The position numbers were made by a program, and so were the translations under genes. Below, piece by piece: positions 25,001 to 38,335 of a stretch of DNA of 64,000 bases; within the stretch, counting starts at the first letter, position 1, and each line of letters opens with the position of its first letter. The notes below the pieces were generated by a model, which made no database searches, was not told the origin of the DNA, and worked only from the letters and a program-made list of their open reading frames with translations. Origin of the DNA: Antedon mediterranea (taxonomy: Eukaryota; Animalia; Echinodermata); contig NC_092678.1 of assembly GCF_964355755.1 (NCBI RefSeq), forward strand, positions 19,423,365 through 19,487,364, written 5' to 3'.

Positions 25001-28000
25001 GAATTAGCGCATTACAAATTTGTATTATTATTATTATTAATTTATATGCCTTCAACCTGTGTAGTAAAATATGCATATTAATTTAAATAGACACATGAGC
25101 TATGCAAGTAACATACTGTATGTGGTAGAACCCTTCCTTTTAGACAACTCTATTCAGGGGACATCTATAGAAACAAGAGAGGAAATATACATTATAAATC
25201 CAAACCACACTCAAGGTTCACCCCTTTTAAGGGACCACCTTTTTATACATCAAAGGGTCTATTTTACTTGGGGTGTCACCATAATAGTGGTAAGCTGTAG
25301 TTTTATGTGTTTAGTGTCCCAAATATGTTCCCTTAATAGAGGTTCTAATAAAATTGATTACAAACATATACACATGTAAATTTGTTGTATTTTTTTACAT
25401 TTCTTTCATTGTTTAGGGATAAATGTCATCTGTACTGGAAAGGTGGGTCATGGGTCAAGGTTCATAGAGAATACTGCTGCAGAAAAATTGGTTTGTATCA
25501 ACTTTTTACATGTTTTTTTTTTAAATTTCTATATTTAAAAACAAATTATTGTATTGGGAGCGGCCATGCTAGAGAAGTTGCTTGTTAGCACAATGCATAG
25601 TATATAAATATGGAAGGTTTGAATCAAGATCAAATCTGATTTTTTTTTCGGTAATAATTTTCCTTTTTTTTTATTGCAGCAAAAAGTCCTCAACTCTTTT
25701 CTTGGTTTTCGGGAGGAGGAGAAAGCAAGGTACTCTTTAGAGATAGTTTATTTTAAAGAACAACTTGACCGAGGACCATATTTTAAAAACGCATTAGGGA
25801 TATACATATGATTTTAGAACAATCGCGAGATTAAGGATATTGCAGAACGCGTTCGCCGTACATCCGTCGCCGTAAATTGCTCTGACGTCACAGATGCATC
25901 GCAAAATCTAATTAATGAGTCCAGATAAGCAAAAGAAACAATAAAAAAAAATCAACATTTATATTTTTTACGATTTATTTACAAAGTGTGTTTACTAGAA
26001 ATGTTCGCGATTTGCCAGACTTTGCCAGAAAACTCATGACATAATTTTTGTAATGCACATCATAGCAATTTACGCCGATCGTTGTACGTCAAACATGTGT
26101 GGCAATATCCTTAATGTCGTATGGTAGTTTCCCGATTAATCGTACGATCAAACGGTACTGGGTATGATCAACTAGCGTTCGTGTTCCCACCTAATCATCC
26201 ATTCATAGAAGTACTGATGAAGATATCAATCTGTGGCGACAATAGAATGGACCCGAGACCTGGCTATCTTCGACTTTTAAATAATAGAAAGTTTAGAAAA
26301 TTTTTTGTTAGACTAGAAATGTACGTTGTATGTATATAGAAAAATGGTTGTAGTTTTCAAAATTACGTTGTATAAGTTTTCAAAATTACGTTGTATAAGT
26401 TTTCAAAATTACGTTGTATAAGTTGCGATGTGAAAAACTGTTATTTGATCGTTAGTTGTCGTGTACATAAAGCAAAAACATAAATATAATAAAATAAAAT
26501 AAAAATTGTTAGTATAACTTAAAAAAGATATAAGGAAGAAAAGCAAAGAGATCATGGAGCGGCTGTACCAGAATATACAACACTAAGTATTGTAAAGTTA
26601 AAACTAAAAAATTAGGCGATCTTGTCAAAGGTCAAGCGCCTTCAGCCTGCCACGTTTCGATATTCAATATTGAACTTGACCTGTGTGGCAATATCCTTAA
26701 TCTCGAGATGATTCTGAAATCATATATACATTCCTAATACGATGTTAAAATATGGTCCTCGTTCAAGTTGTCTTTTAAGGCAAACCAATTTTGCTACATC
26801 ACCAACATAATTCTTTCAACAGAGACTTACTTAACATTTAAAGAGATGTATACTGTATAAGTTAAGTTATGAATATTATGAAATGAATATATTTTTAGTA
26901 ATAACAAAAAACAAAAAAAAACAAAGACTTTGTATTGTTATTTTTAGACTTGAATCTGTTAAAACACCGAAGACATGTAAGACTTTAGGCGACGTTACCA
27001 CAGTAAATTTAACTGTTCTTGAGGTAGGATTTTTGTCGGTGTCAAATTTAAGATAGCTCTTTATAGCACCAAATGCTGCGATCCAGCAGAACACATGCGT
27101 ACAAACCACTTAGGCCTACCACCAATGATTGCGTTTTTTGTTTCTTTTTTTATCTATATTTGTACTGTGTGTTATTGAAATAAATAAAATATTTTATCTT
27201 TTTTTTTTAATTAGGGAGGCGAGGCTTGTAATGTTGTACCGCAGCAGTTTAAAGCAACGTTTGATATTCGTATCCCACCGTCAGTTGATCTTGAGGTAGG
27301 TATTAAAACATAATAAAATAGTTGTACCCTGTACTCATTTGGTGTGAGGTTAACTCATCTTATGTGAGGCTCACTCATGTAGTTTGAGACTCACTCATCC
27401 TGTTTGAGGCTTGCTCATCGAGCTTATGACCAACTCATCTAGAATGAGACTCGCCCATATGTTATGAGATTCACCTATCTAGCATGACGAGGCTCACTCA
27501 TCCAGCTTGGGACTCACTCATGTGTTGTGAGATTCACTCATCCTATTTGAGGCTTGCTCATCCAGCCTCAGGCCAACTCATCTAGCATGAAGCTCACTAA
27601 TGCGTTGTAAGGTCAACTCATCTAGTGTGAGGTTCACTCATGTGGTATGAGGCTAACTCATGTAGTATGAGGATTATTCATGTGATGTACTGAGATTCGC
27701 TCATGTGATGTAAGACTCACTCATGTGATGTGAGACTCACTCATGTGATGTGAGACTCACTCATGTGATGTGAGACTCACTCATGTGATGTGAGACTCAC
27801 TCATGCGATGTGAGATGTGATGCTATTTCATGTGGCATGAGACTTGATCAATGTTCACTCATGTAGGATGACTCTTCTGCTTTGAGGCTCACTCATGTCA
27901 TATGATAATCACTTATCCTGTATGAGGCTCGCTCAACCAGCATGAGGCCAACTTGTTTAGGATAAGACTCACTCATGAAGCTTGCTCAAATTCATTTTTT

Positions 28001-29315
28001 TTTTTTAAATTATACTGCATATATATATATATTTTTAGGAATTTGAGAAGAAAATGAACAAGTGGGTAGAGGACGCTGGTGAAGGTGTACGCATTGAATA
28101 TATACAGGTGAGTAAATAGGATGAATATTTAATTTTGCTGTGAAACATGGTATCTGTATTAAAATCTAATAAAATAAATGTTCCCAAAATGGGTAATCTG
28201 ACAGAATTGGGAGCATTTTGTTTTTGGTAGAACTCTAATATTAAGTCAAACCGTCAATTGGTCTTTTACCAAAATTGTCAATAATAATAATATTGTATAA
28301 AGAAAAGATACATATTCTATATTTTGATGAATATACAGAAACATACATGTCAAAATTTAACATCTGTAAATGAAGAGAGTCCATGGTGGAGGGCATTTAG
28401 CAAGGCTTGTGATAACATGTAAGTTTTAATTATTTGTCTATTTTGTGCCAAGCTTACCTGGATAAACCAACATTGACCAATTCTCTCAAAAAATAGCGCT
28501 ACAATTAAAATACATTAAAAAAAATCACCTATTAGACAATCGTACATTCCATAAGCCCAGCCCCCAAGTTGGAGCATTCCAATACACCACCACCATCATT
28601 CAGATATAGGATGTAAACGCAATGCAAGCGATTTGAACGATGACAATCGACAGTTTAGACATTCCTTTGCTTGTCATATTAATTGAATTGCACGTTTAAG
28701 TTTTTTAAGAAACACTTGTTTTTGTGGGAATTACATTATGAAACCTAAGGTTACATTGGATGTACTGTACATCTGAAACGCATCAGAGTTATAACAGAGT
28801 CAAAAGCACTGATGTATAGTAATATTAACCAATTACATAAGCATGTCGGTTGTATAGTGGAAATGAACACCATTCCATGACCCTCTACTGTGTGTGAACA
28901 CGTTGCAGTGCAAAAAAAAAAAAATAATAAAGCCATTTTGTTCAAACAAGGCATAATCTGTTTGTAATGTGTGACAATATGTGGCTTTAAATGGCAACAT
29001 TTTTTGTCATTTTTAAAATCACTTTTACAGTGTATGTAGTATGGTTTTTATTACTTTGAGAGTATAAATGTTTAATATTTTTTAAGGAACATGAAGTTGG
29101 AAACGGAGATTTTTCCAGCTGCGACTGACAGCCGTTATCTACGAGCCGCTGGTTTTCCTTGTCTCGGGTTCTCGCCAATGAATAACACACCGATTCTTTT
29201 ACACGATCACAACGAGTTCCTCAATGAGGAGATATTCCTTAAAGGGATTAAAATATATGAAAACATCATTTCTGAGCTGGCAATGGTTTCGCCACTTGAG
29301 AATGAAAGAAACTAA
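16097..29315 (+). CDS. ACY1: Aminoacylase-1 (M20 family zinc peptidase/amidohydrolase), 15 coding exons
   Basis: Exons 16097-16229 ([20 protein letters not shown]), 21761-21825, 22417-22521 (LNSHTDVVP), 22886-22957 (IYGRGTQ), 23574-23596 (DMKS), 23981-24057, 24148-24237 (DEEIGG...FALDE), 24698-24754, 25417-25490 (GHGSRF), 25680-25729, 26948-27023, 27215-27295, 28039-28107, 28339-28418, 29087-29315 (FPAATDSRY...LLHDHNEFL). All GT-AG and phase-consistent; AATAAA at ~29375. Confidence 0.95.
16271..17435. mobile_element. Foldback/MULE-like element copy A (truncated) with AAAGTCGCCCC subterminal tandem repeats
   Basis: Begins GGGATCCAGTCAAGTCGCCCC with ~16-bp repeats to 16480; 16271-17245 is an inverted near-identical copy of ~18500-19494; inverted repeat block at 17357-17435. 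Confidence 0.75.
17444..19494. mobile_element. Foldback/MULE-like element copy B, 8-bp TSD
   Basis: GG...CC termini; TIRs made of GTCGCCCC tandem repeats (17455-17640, 19334-19485); flanks TGTACCAC / GGTACCAC (1 mismatch). Confidence 0.75.
19955..21094 (+). mobile_element. 5'-truncated LINE (CR1/L2-group): C-terminal reverse transcriptase ORF, 3' UTR and (ATTG)n tail
   Basis: ORF to 20837 with [14 protein letters not shown] and [13 protein letters not shown] motifs; AATAAA then (TTGA)5 at ~21073-21094. Lies in ACY1 intron 1. Confidence 0.9.
23774..23920. mobile_element. Harbinger-like MITE (AGCTCTGTCTACACTATC family)
   Basis: Ends AGTTCTGTCTACACTAT / ATAGTGTAGACAGAGCT; same family at ~29417, 38986, 44052, ~44745 and 46298. 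Confidence 0.75.
25757..26774. mobile_element. TTAA-flanked TIR element (Kolobok-like) in ACY1 intron 10
   Basis: ~90-bp imperfect TIRs (AGAACAACTTGACCGAGGACCATATTTTAA... / ...TTAAAATATGGTCCTCGTTCAAGTTGTCTT); TTAA on both flanks. Confidence 0.7.
27330..27990. repeat. 20-bp minisatellite in ACY1 intron 12
   Basis: TCATGTGATGTGAGACTCAC unit, perfect at ~27720-27810 and degenerate on both sides. Confidence 0.9.
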
Positions 29316-29608
29316 GATAGTGATAATATTTTAGTAACGTTTGGTTTGCGGTGCACCGTGTGTTTTCAAAATGAAATAAAGTAATTGGTTATTATGCTAC
29401 AACTTTTTTTTCTTCAGAACTTTATGTGACAAAAAAATGTGATGTGTCCATATATGGACATGATGATGCCATATTAGGTCATATCACTAACATGTTGGTA
29501 CGTCACACGTCTTTGTCAAACTAGTTTGATAGTGTAGTCAGAGCTTCACAACGATTCTTTATTTCTTTTTCGAAACACATGGTGTCACCCGCAAGGTGTC
29601 ACCTGTAA

Positions 29609-29820
29609 GGGCGTGTGGTGCAGTGTGTTGGATGTTCGACTACTGATTGTGAGATTGAGGTCGGAATCCAACTCTCGCTGCATTGCTTGTATCCTTAGAC
29701 AAGATACTTTACTTGCGTTTGACTCTCTCCACCCAGGTGTATAAATGGGAACCTGGTTAGATCAAGACACAACTTTGCGCTGATTACTAGCTGCATCATG
29801 GGAGTATGTTTCCGTATGTG
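29609..29820 (+). mobile_element. tRNA-derived CORE-type SINE
   Basis: A-box TGGTGCAGTG, degenerate B-box GGTCGGAATCC, CORE-like TGTATCCTTAGACAAGATACTT...CTCTCCACCCAGGTGTATAAATGGG. Confidence 0.7.
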
Positions 29821-30696
29821 TTTGATCAGGAAATATAATAATAAATATAAATCCAGGATATTATTATATTATTATTAAACGTTCCTTTACTAGTGTTTAT
29901 TTGCAAACGTGTAAACAATATAACATTTTAATTACAAATATAACTTTTATTTTAGTGGACACATAATTTTTTTTTTATATAAAGACACAGTAACTGTAGT
30001 GTATTCTGATTGTCTTCAGAGTTTAAAAAGTTGGCAAATTTATATATAAAGGATTTTCTGCATAATTTGTTGACCCGTGTGGAAACAGGGTTTAATAGAC
30101 GTGTGGTGTAGCAAAAATCTTAGATTAATATTTCAACCAAAGATTCAAATATCTTTTTGCTTTTAACATGTTTCAATGCAACTTGTAAGTTAGAAAAATT
30201 GCTATAACCCACACATACCTTACCTATAATTTTCCTTATCATAGTGTACAATACAATACACAATAATATGATTACTTTCATTGGTAAATTAATTAAATAT
30301 ATTTGTTGGAAATGTAAATAATATTGAAAATTAACAAATACAATAACAGTGTATATAATATTAAACAATATTTGTATAATAAACAAAAAAATAAAATATA
30401 ATATGAAATCATAGAGATATTATTAAATCCATCCACAAAGCTATTGTATTTAATGTTGGTGGTGTATCCTCAATATTAAAGAAAAATTCGCACGAATAAA
30501 TTTGCCATGTGGAAAACAGGCATTTATGAAATTAAAGTTAAATTAAATGCAATATACATTGACATATGTAAAGTGATGATGAAAGTTTAAAAAGCGATAT
30601 TTTTTTTGTATAAAGAAAAATTTGAATAAATGAATAAATGAAAATATGAACGTTATTGATATTGATATCAATGTCTACTAAAGCTATTTAATAAAC

Positions 30697-30714
30697 CATG
30701 GAGTATACGCCATG
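30697..30714. mobile_element. 18-bp CA...TG palindrome with near-perfect 7-bp TSD
   Basis: AATAAAC|CATGGAGTATACGCCATG|CATAAAC. Confidence 0.45.
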
Positions 30715-31678
30715 CATAAACAGGAGTTACTCAATATACATATTAGTATACAATATAGTTACTGCAGTAACTGTGCAGTAGAATAGTTTGGATAGGGTTC
30801 CCATTATACCTCCTTTTCTATTGGATTTTCTACATTGGCTGCACTATTAAAAACTCGATTGTCGTCAAGTTGTAACGAAAGTAAATTCATTGTGTTGATT
30901 GGTCATTGGTACCGGCTGTTGTCATAGGTTTCTATATGTTTTATTAAAGAAAAGATGTTGTTTTGTTTACAAAAAAGTAAATTAATAAATTGAAATTAGA
31001 CAAAAAATAAGAACCACATTTAATTAGTATCTTCTATGAGTTTTTATTTAAGCAAGATTGTTTTTTTTTTTTACAAAAAAGTAAATTAATGAATGAACAT
31101 TATGCAATGCAAATAGGAACCTAAATCTACCTGGAATTCACATCCGGGTTCGATGTAAGTATTCCTAATTTTTATAATACAGTAGGCCTACTTGACAAAA
31201 TAATTTATATACGATTGATTAAGCAAGGGAAGGGATTAACCGATTCAGTGTTTATTTTGACAATTGTTCACCATGGTAACACAAAGCATTGAATTGGAAC
31301 TACAGTACACTATGAGGTCTGCCTAGATCTGTTCGATTATTTTTTTAAATAAGAAAAATGTTTTAACATTTAAGAAACGATTAGAAAGTATTGATTTTTT
31401 TTCCCAACAATTTGTCTACCGTATTTTCTCAATAATAAAAACAATAGGGCGTTTTGAAAGTACAAAGCTTTGAGCTGTTCGAGGTTAATTCTTTGTGGTT
31501 CCAGATTAATGGAATATTCCATCGATTCTTTCATCGCAAACGTAGTTACAAAGAAACACATTTTTGTTTATGGCACAACTATATCAACGCTGAACATTGA
31601 TACATCAACAAATCCCCCACAAACGAAGAGTGTTTACTTTAAGTTTTAATTTTTGTAACGTGAAAAGAAAGTAACAAA

Positions 31679-32561
31679 ATGGATCCAGGTGAAATTGATA
31701 TGGTCAACAGAGACCCGAGCAGTATCAACGCTCATGTCCAGGTAAGTTATATACAATTCAGTTTACCGTTGCTATGGTAAACTATAAAATAAAATCTGCT
31801 TGGTAACCACCACCTGCCTTGTCATTTTTGCTTTTCAGCAATACGTTGTAGTTTAATGTTTGGTTGCTATTTCTTCTGTTAATAATAATACTTATATATT
31901 AATTATAAACTATCTATGTAATTAGGCCTACATGTAATATACAGTGACATTTTATGTGAATGGCCAGAAAGGTTCCATCGAGAATTAAATTGTACCGCTA
32001 TCTAAATTCATTACCAATACTGTTTCAGCAAGATTTAATAATGATTTTAAATTGGAAAAATGAAATATGAAAATGTTATGTAGTAACTGCCTTTAATGTC
32101 CGAGAACCCGAAAACGTGCATGATGCATATGGCTAACTGTTATTCTGACTAGTATACAACGATGTATCTTGTAAACATAATTACCAATATCTTCAGTACT
32201 CAATTATTCTATAATTTGTTTTTATTAGGTTGGATTTGAAGACGTAATTGCTGAACCCGATGGTGTCCACAGTCCGCAGTGTGTATGGAAGCTAGCTAAT
32301 AAGTGCTTTACATGCTCAAGAGACATCGCCTACACCTTATTGGCACTTTGTTACGGAGTTCCTTATGCCTTCTTCTGGGGATGTGAGTTTGCCTACCTCT
32401 CGTTTCTTCACATCTGGGTCATCACTCCGTGCATTAGTATGTATATGATCTGGTTGAAGTCTATCAAGATCATCTATGGAGCTTGTGTGAGGACATGTTG
32501 CGATCCGTGCTTCGAGGCGTGTGGGAGATGTTTCAGCGACATACGGGTCACGAACGCATGA
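31679..32561 (+). CDS. Caveolin paralog A (131 aa, 2 exons)
   Basis: Exons 31679-31741 (MDPGEIDMVNRDPSSINAHVQ) and 32229-32561, with the caveolin signature FEDVIAEP, hydrophobic intramembrane segment and Cys-rich C-terminus. Confidence 0.95.
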
Positions 32562-33134
32562 TGACAGTTTACCAGACATAACTGATTCAATATTCTCCGT
32601 TCCTACTGTAGCTAAGCCAACACTTGCCCGGTAATTCTCCAAACTCTAGCGCAAACCGTGGTTGTCTGTCGACCTTCCATCTGCAGAAAATGTTTCCGAA
32701 AAACAATGGATTGAACTACACTTAAGCTTAATGGCCTACATCGATACTGTAGTTAAGTTTATGTTTTTAAGTGACATTTCAGTGGATAAAAATCATGCAA
32801 CATTACCAAGTAATTCATCTAGCTCGCTTATATGTCCATTAAAGTAAAGTGATTACGTAGATAACCTTTTGTTGAAAAATGAAAAAAATCATTAATTTTT
32901 TAATCACTATATGACACAAAATGTTATCTTCCGGTAATAAATCATAGCCATGCTTGCCAAACAATTTTCCAATACATATCTTCATTGCTAGTCTACTACC
33001 TCGAATCTCCACAGAGTTCAAATTTATGAATGTTATTCAAGTGAGAGATGTATTCTCTCCTATGCCTTCCTGATTCGATCTTTTCGATTAGCTTATACTA
33101 TTTTACTGATGCGACCATTCGTTAAATGTCCAAC

Positions 33135-33171
33135 CAGTGAATAGTTAAATTGATGATTTTACTATTCACTG
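33135..33171. mobile_element. 37-bp CA...TG palindrome with 7-bp TSD (1 mismatch)
   Basis: GTCCAAC|CAGTGAATAGT...ACTATTCACTG|GTCAAAC. Confidence 0.6.
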
Positions 33172-34404
33172 GTCAAACTATTATTTACACATTCTGTATG
33201 TAATGCTTTATTTTAGTTTTAATTTTATACCCGATTCACACGTACGCGCCATGTAAGCATTTCTTATATTTCATATGGTACATTTGCAAGATTTGTGGCA
33301 CGTGTGAACACATGTTTATTAGAAGAGGAAAACAAATTAGTTTATATAATTTTCGAATATTGATGCGGGTTTAATATAATTATTTTGTTTTGTAATGTTT
33401 AAACTTGATAAATAACTACCACGTTACTCATTGAAATATCGTGTTTTTTTACTTCTCATTGCCAATATCGTTGTCTCCTTTAGTTGCCATAGTTACTGTA
33501 CGATATTGAAAGTACATTGTTCTCATATTTATTTAAATGATTAAATTTATGTTCTAGAAACTCGTATTAAGTTATGTATTTTATAGGCATTATGTTTGTA
33601 TATTTTCCTTAGCATAATATATTTCTTAACCTAATAGACATTTGATATTTTTGTTTTATAGAATTGATATTAAAAAATAAATAAATAATTAATACATTAA
33701 ATGTAAACAAGATGCATATGGTGTTTGTGTTTTGTGTTCTGTCTCTTGTGTATGTATGCCTTGGCGAATTTATATTATATATACATTATCTACTACATAT
33801 CTACCACATATCTACCACATATCTAAAATCATCAAGACTTTATGTGGACTCAAACGGAAAACAATAATTCGATGTCAATGAATTCTTCGATGTTAATCGA
33901 GTATATCGTTCAATTCTCTATAATGATTTTTAATTATTTAACATACGACGCCGTCTTCCATTACGTGAAACAGAAAGAGTGTAAAAGGTAGCTTTAATCG
34001 CCGAATTTCTGTTTCTGCGATTATCTGTAACTATAAAAAAAATCCATGTAAATGCGCTAATTTAATAATGGCTAATTTCAAGCAGCCCAATCGAATAAAA
34101 AGAAGGAGAAAAAAATCAACTGTGTTGAATATTCACTTATTGTTTTACCAAGTAAATTAAAACTGCAGGCCTACTCTTTATATTTTGTTAAAGGTAAAGT
34201 TGATAATAATAACTAAACGACATTTTAAATGAAAATACTCGTTATCGTGTGTTAAGCCTAAATATTAAAGGCATATGCATGTCTACGCTCCTTAATTATG
34301 TCTTAATAAAGTCGTTCATTGAATTAATTGACTTATGTTTAACATTACACATTCGATCAATATTATTATTTAAAAAGTTCACAGCATTTCTGGCAAGGTC
34401 AAGT

Positions 34405-35467
34405 GTTTTCAACACGTCGCAGCCTTTCACAATAATGTTTATGATTTTACACTTTCTTCACTGTGGTAACCCTCAAACACTATTATTGCGTTTTACACAG
34501 AATCACATAACGCGTTTTTAATAATTAAAACGCCTAGATGCGTTACAACTACTTTTTGTATTTTTAACACGTCATAGCCTTTCACAATGTTTCTCACTAT
34601 GGTAATGGTAACCTTCAAACACTATTATTGCGTTTTCCACAGAATTGCATTACCCGTTTTTAATAAATAAAACGCCTAGTTGCGTTACAACTAGGCCTAC
34701 TTTTTGTATTTTTAGCACGTCGCAGCCTTTCACAATAATGTTTACGATTTACAGTTTTCTCACTATGGTAACCATCAAACACTATTATTGCGTTTTACAC
34801 AGAATTGCATAATGCGTTTTTAATAATTAAAACGCCTAGATGCGTTACAACTACTTTTTGTATTTTTAGCACGTCGCAGCCTTTCACAATAATGTTTACG
34901 ATTTACAGTTTTCTCACTATGGTAACCCTCAAACACTATTATTGCGTTTTACACAGAATTGCATAACGCGTTTTTAATAATTAAAACGCCTAGATGCGTT
35001 ACAACTACTTTTTGTATTTTTAGCACGTCATAGCCTTTCACAATAATGTTTCTCACTATGGTAATGGTAACCTTCAAATACTATTATTGCGTTTTCCACA
35101 GAATTGCATTACCCGTTTTTAATAAATAAAACGCCTAGTTGCGTTACAACTACTTTTTGTATTTTTAGCACGTCGCAGCCTTTCACAATAATGTTTACGA
35201 TTTTACACTTTTCTCACTATGGTAACCCTCAAACACTATTATTGCGTTTTCCACAGAATTATATAACCCGTTTTTAATAAGTAAAACGCCTATTTGCGTT
35301 ACAACTGCTTATTGTATTTTCAGCACGTCGCAGCCTTTCACAATAATGTTTACGATTTACACTTTTCTCACTATGGTAACCCTCAAACACTATTATTGCG
35401 TTTTACACAGAATTGCATAACGCGTTTTTAATAAGTAAAACGCCTAGTTGCGTTACAACTACTTTTT
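34405..35467. repeat. Tandem repeat, 7 units of ~145-155 bp
   Basis: CACGTC(G/A)(C/T)AGCCTTTCACAAT recurs at ~34413, 34568, 34716, 34870, 35024, 35169 and 35324. Confidence 0.95.
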
Positions 35468-36239
35468 ATCTCACCTTACCCATTGTGATACTCGGAAATG
35501 GTCACAATAGAATGTTAAGACTGAATGGGCATATTATTGGCTACAGTGATAATAAGATTTGCGTACTATAATATCGATTGAAAGTGGTAGTCGTGGAAAC
35601 TGAATATCAACAAATGATTTTTTTCTACGTACAGATAGTAAGTATGTGTCCAAGTGTCTCAAAACATAAAGCGAAGCAGTATTAGCATAACTTGTAAGAA
35701 TCGAAAAACCTTGACAAAATTCTCGGGTTCATCAAACACATAACATTTGATTACCGGTACATAATCAAATCATAGTTTACTATTAATACTAAAATGATTA
35801 ATATTATTCGCCTCCACCCCCTCCTCCCATTTTGTTTTCTATTAGGATTATCTTTTTATTTATTATTTTATAATGAAATCAAATAATATAGCTGATGCTT
35901 TTTGCTTATTTTATTTTGTATCTCTATTGAGATCCAGCCACATCATTGTCATCTTTTCAGCTTAAATTTACTTATTATAAATACATTATATTATTTTAAT
36001 GTGTATTTTAATATCATTTAAGAGGGTCCTGAATATCAACATTTCTTCCATTGCTGTTGGGATGTTATTCTCTGTACATTTTTTTATTATCATGAGCGCG
36101 CGTGGTTACATTTATTTGAGATTGTTTTCCATCTACATTGCATCAAGACTTTAGCAAAACTTATTAATTCATTTAAATAAATATTTCTGTTATACATTAC
36201 GCGATTAATTTGGATTTTTCATATTTATTTTCTTGTCTA

Positions 36240-36520
36240 TTAAAGGGACACCCATATTAAAGGGACACTTCTATTAAGGGACACTTCTAAAGGAAAGGAA
36301 CATTCTTATTGAATGGAAACTTTTATTAAAGGGACACTCCTATTAAAGGGATACTCTGTTTAAAGGGACACTCCTATTAAATGGACACTCATATTAAAAG
36401 GACACTCTTATTAAAGGGACACTTCTATTTAATAAACACTTTCCATTAAGGGACCGAAGGGAGATTTATACGGCGAGCCCCAACGGTGTCCACGTAATGG
36501 GGTTATTACCACACTGTGTT
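36240..36520. repeat. TAAAGGGACAC-repeat family (probable Tc1/pogo-like MITE relic); related at ~24275-24400, ~25120-25345, ~43670-43935
   Basis: About ten ~17-bp units of TATTAAAGGGACACTCC; the same motif is dispersed elsewhere in the window. Confidence 0.55.
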
Positions 36521-37195
36521 TTTAAACGTTCAAGTTTTTTGGCTGTTCTTTTCCTGTAGGTTAATAAAATTATCCTTTAATATATTTGTTTCATTCAATA
36601 TTTTTTTGATTGAAAAAAAAAGTAACTAGGCCTATACATTGGTTCGTTATAATTGTTAGTTTGAATCAACATATTTTTTCTGTCTTTTTTTAACAACTTT
36701 ATTGCGGTTATGCATTTACCATTGTCAGTAATTGCACACAGTGTACAAATGATATGATAAGTTTCCACTGATTGAATACAATAAGTGGCCGGTAATTTGT
36801 AAGCATAATGGGTAACCATAACAACGTACAGTATTGTATCGCATCTAACGTGTTAATCTAGTCTGTTCGATTAATTGTTTTTCAACATTGTTTCAAAGAA
36901 ACGTTTAAAATAATAATTTTTCGTCGTTTTTTGGCTAGAATTTTAAAGACATTAACTCATATCAATGAAACATGTTTATCGTATTTAATTGTATGTACTA
37001 CAAGAATAAGCTTCCACAGTTTTTAATTTTCAATTAATGGAATGTTCCATCGATTTGTCACCGCGAGCATAGTTACGACGCTGGTTGATTTAAGAACACA
37101 CGCAAGACGATTTTGCAACCTCAACATCAGAATCGGCATAGCTCCCCGAACAATTAGATAATTATATTTCACGTAGAAGTAGATATACCTTCAAA

Positions 37196-38335
37196 ATGGA
37201 ACCAGGAGAGATTGACATGGTCAACAGAGACCCAAGCAGCATTAACTCTCATGTCCAGGTAAGTTCTAGATAATTTATCTTTATTATTTTAATGATGATA
37301 ATTGTTTCCCCTTTGAAAACGTTGAAAATAGTTGAATCTATAAGGGCAACCTTTCTAAACTTAATACTGTATAAATAGATTGTGTTTTCTCTCAAATATA
37401 TAATTCTCGTTTATAAACATAACAATAAATAAATAATAATCTTCAATTTTTTTTATTTGGTTTTTGTTAAAAACATTAAATCATCAGGAATATCATTCCA
37501 CAACTTTTCAACAGAAAATCTTCCTTAAATTGTTTAAATGATTAACTTAGCAACATATATATTTTCTTGCCTCTCTCGTGATGTCTATGCGTATTGTGAT
37601 GACTTTCTTTTTTATTTCTGTTTTATAAGATTCACTCTCTTACATTAGGCTTATCTATCATTGTTTTCACATCATTTCAATAATAACCTTACTTTGCAAC
37701 CGGAATTGCTGTTTTTACTCTGTAAAAATATAAATTATTAAGTATTCCATTTATTCAAAAGATTTGATCATTATACAATTGTAAGAGATCAATCAATAAA
37801 ATACCTATGCACATTGTAACGTTTAAATTAATTTAGAGAATAAATTCTTTGTACATCAGCAAAAATCTAAATTTTTATGACAACCAGTAGTTGAATGAAA
37901 TTAAAAACATATTTTCTTTACATTTTGCATTTATACCAATGTTCTATTTTAAATATAAATCTGTTTTAAATTGAACCACCGATATTATCCTTTTTTCACT
38001 AGGTTGGATTTGAAGACGTAATTGCTGAACCCGATGGTGTCCACAGTCCGCAGTGTGTATGGAAGCTAGCTCACAAATGCTTTACCTGCTCAAGAGACAT
38101 CGCCTACACCTTATTGGCACTTTGTTACGGCGTTCCTTATGCCTTCTTCTGGGGATGTGAGTTTGCCTACCTCTCGTTTCTTCACATCTGGGTCATCACT
38201 CCTTGCATCAGTATGTACATGGTCTGGTTGAAGTCTATCAAGATCATCTATGGAGCTTGTGTGAGGACATGTTGTGATCCGTGCTTCGAGGCATGTGGAA
38301 GATGTTTCAGTGATATACGTGTTACGAACGCTTGA
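37196..38335 (+). CDS. Caveolin paralog B (131 aa, 2 exons)
   Basis: Exons 37196-37258 (MEPGEIDMVNRDPSSINSHVQ) and 38003-38335 with FEDVIAEP. Confidence 0.95.

Noticed and set aside
32337-32642. Antisense ORF conserved opposite three caveolin genes (also 38111-38359, 41926-42192)
   Set aside because: A shadow of the near-identical caveolin exon 2; its starts and ends differ between copies.
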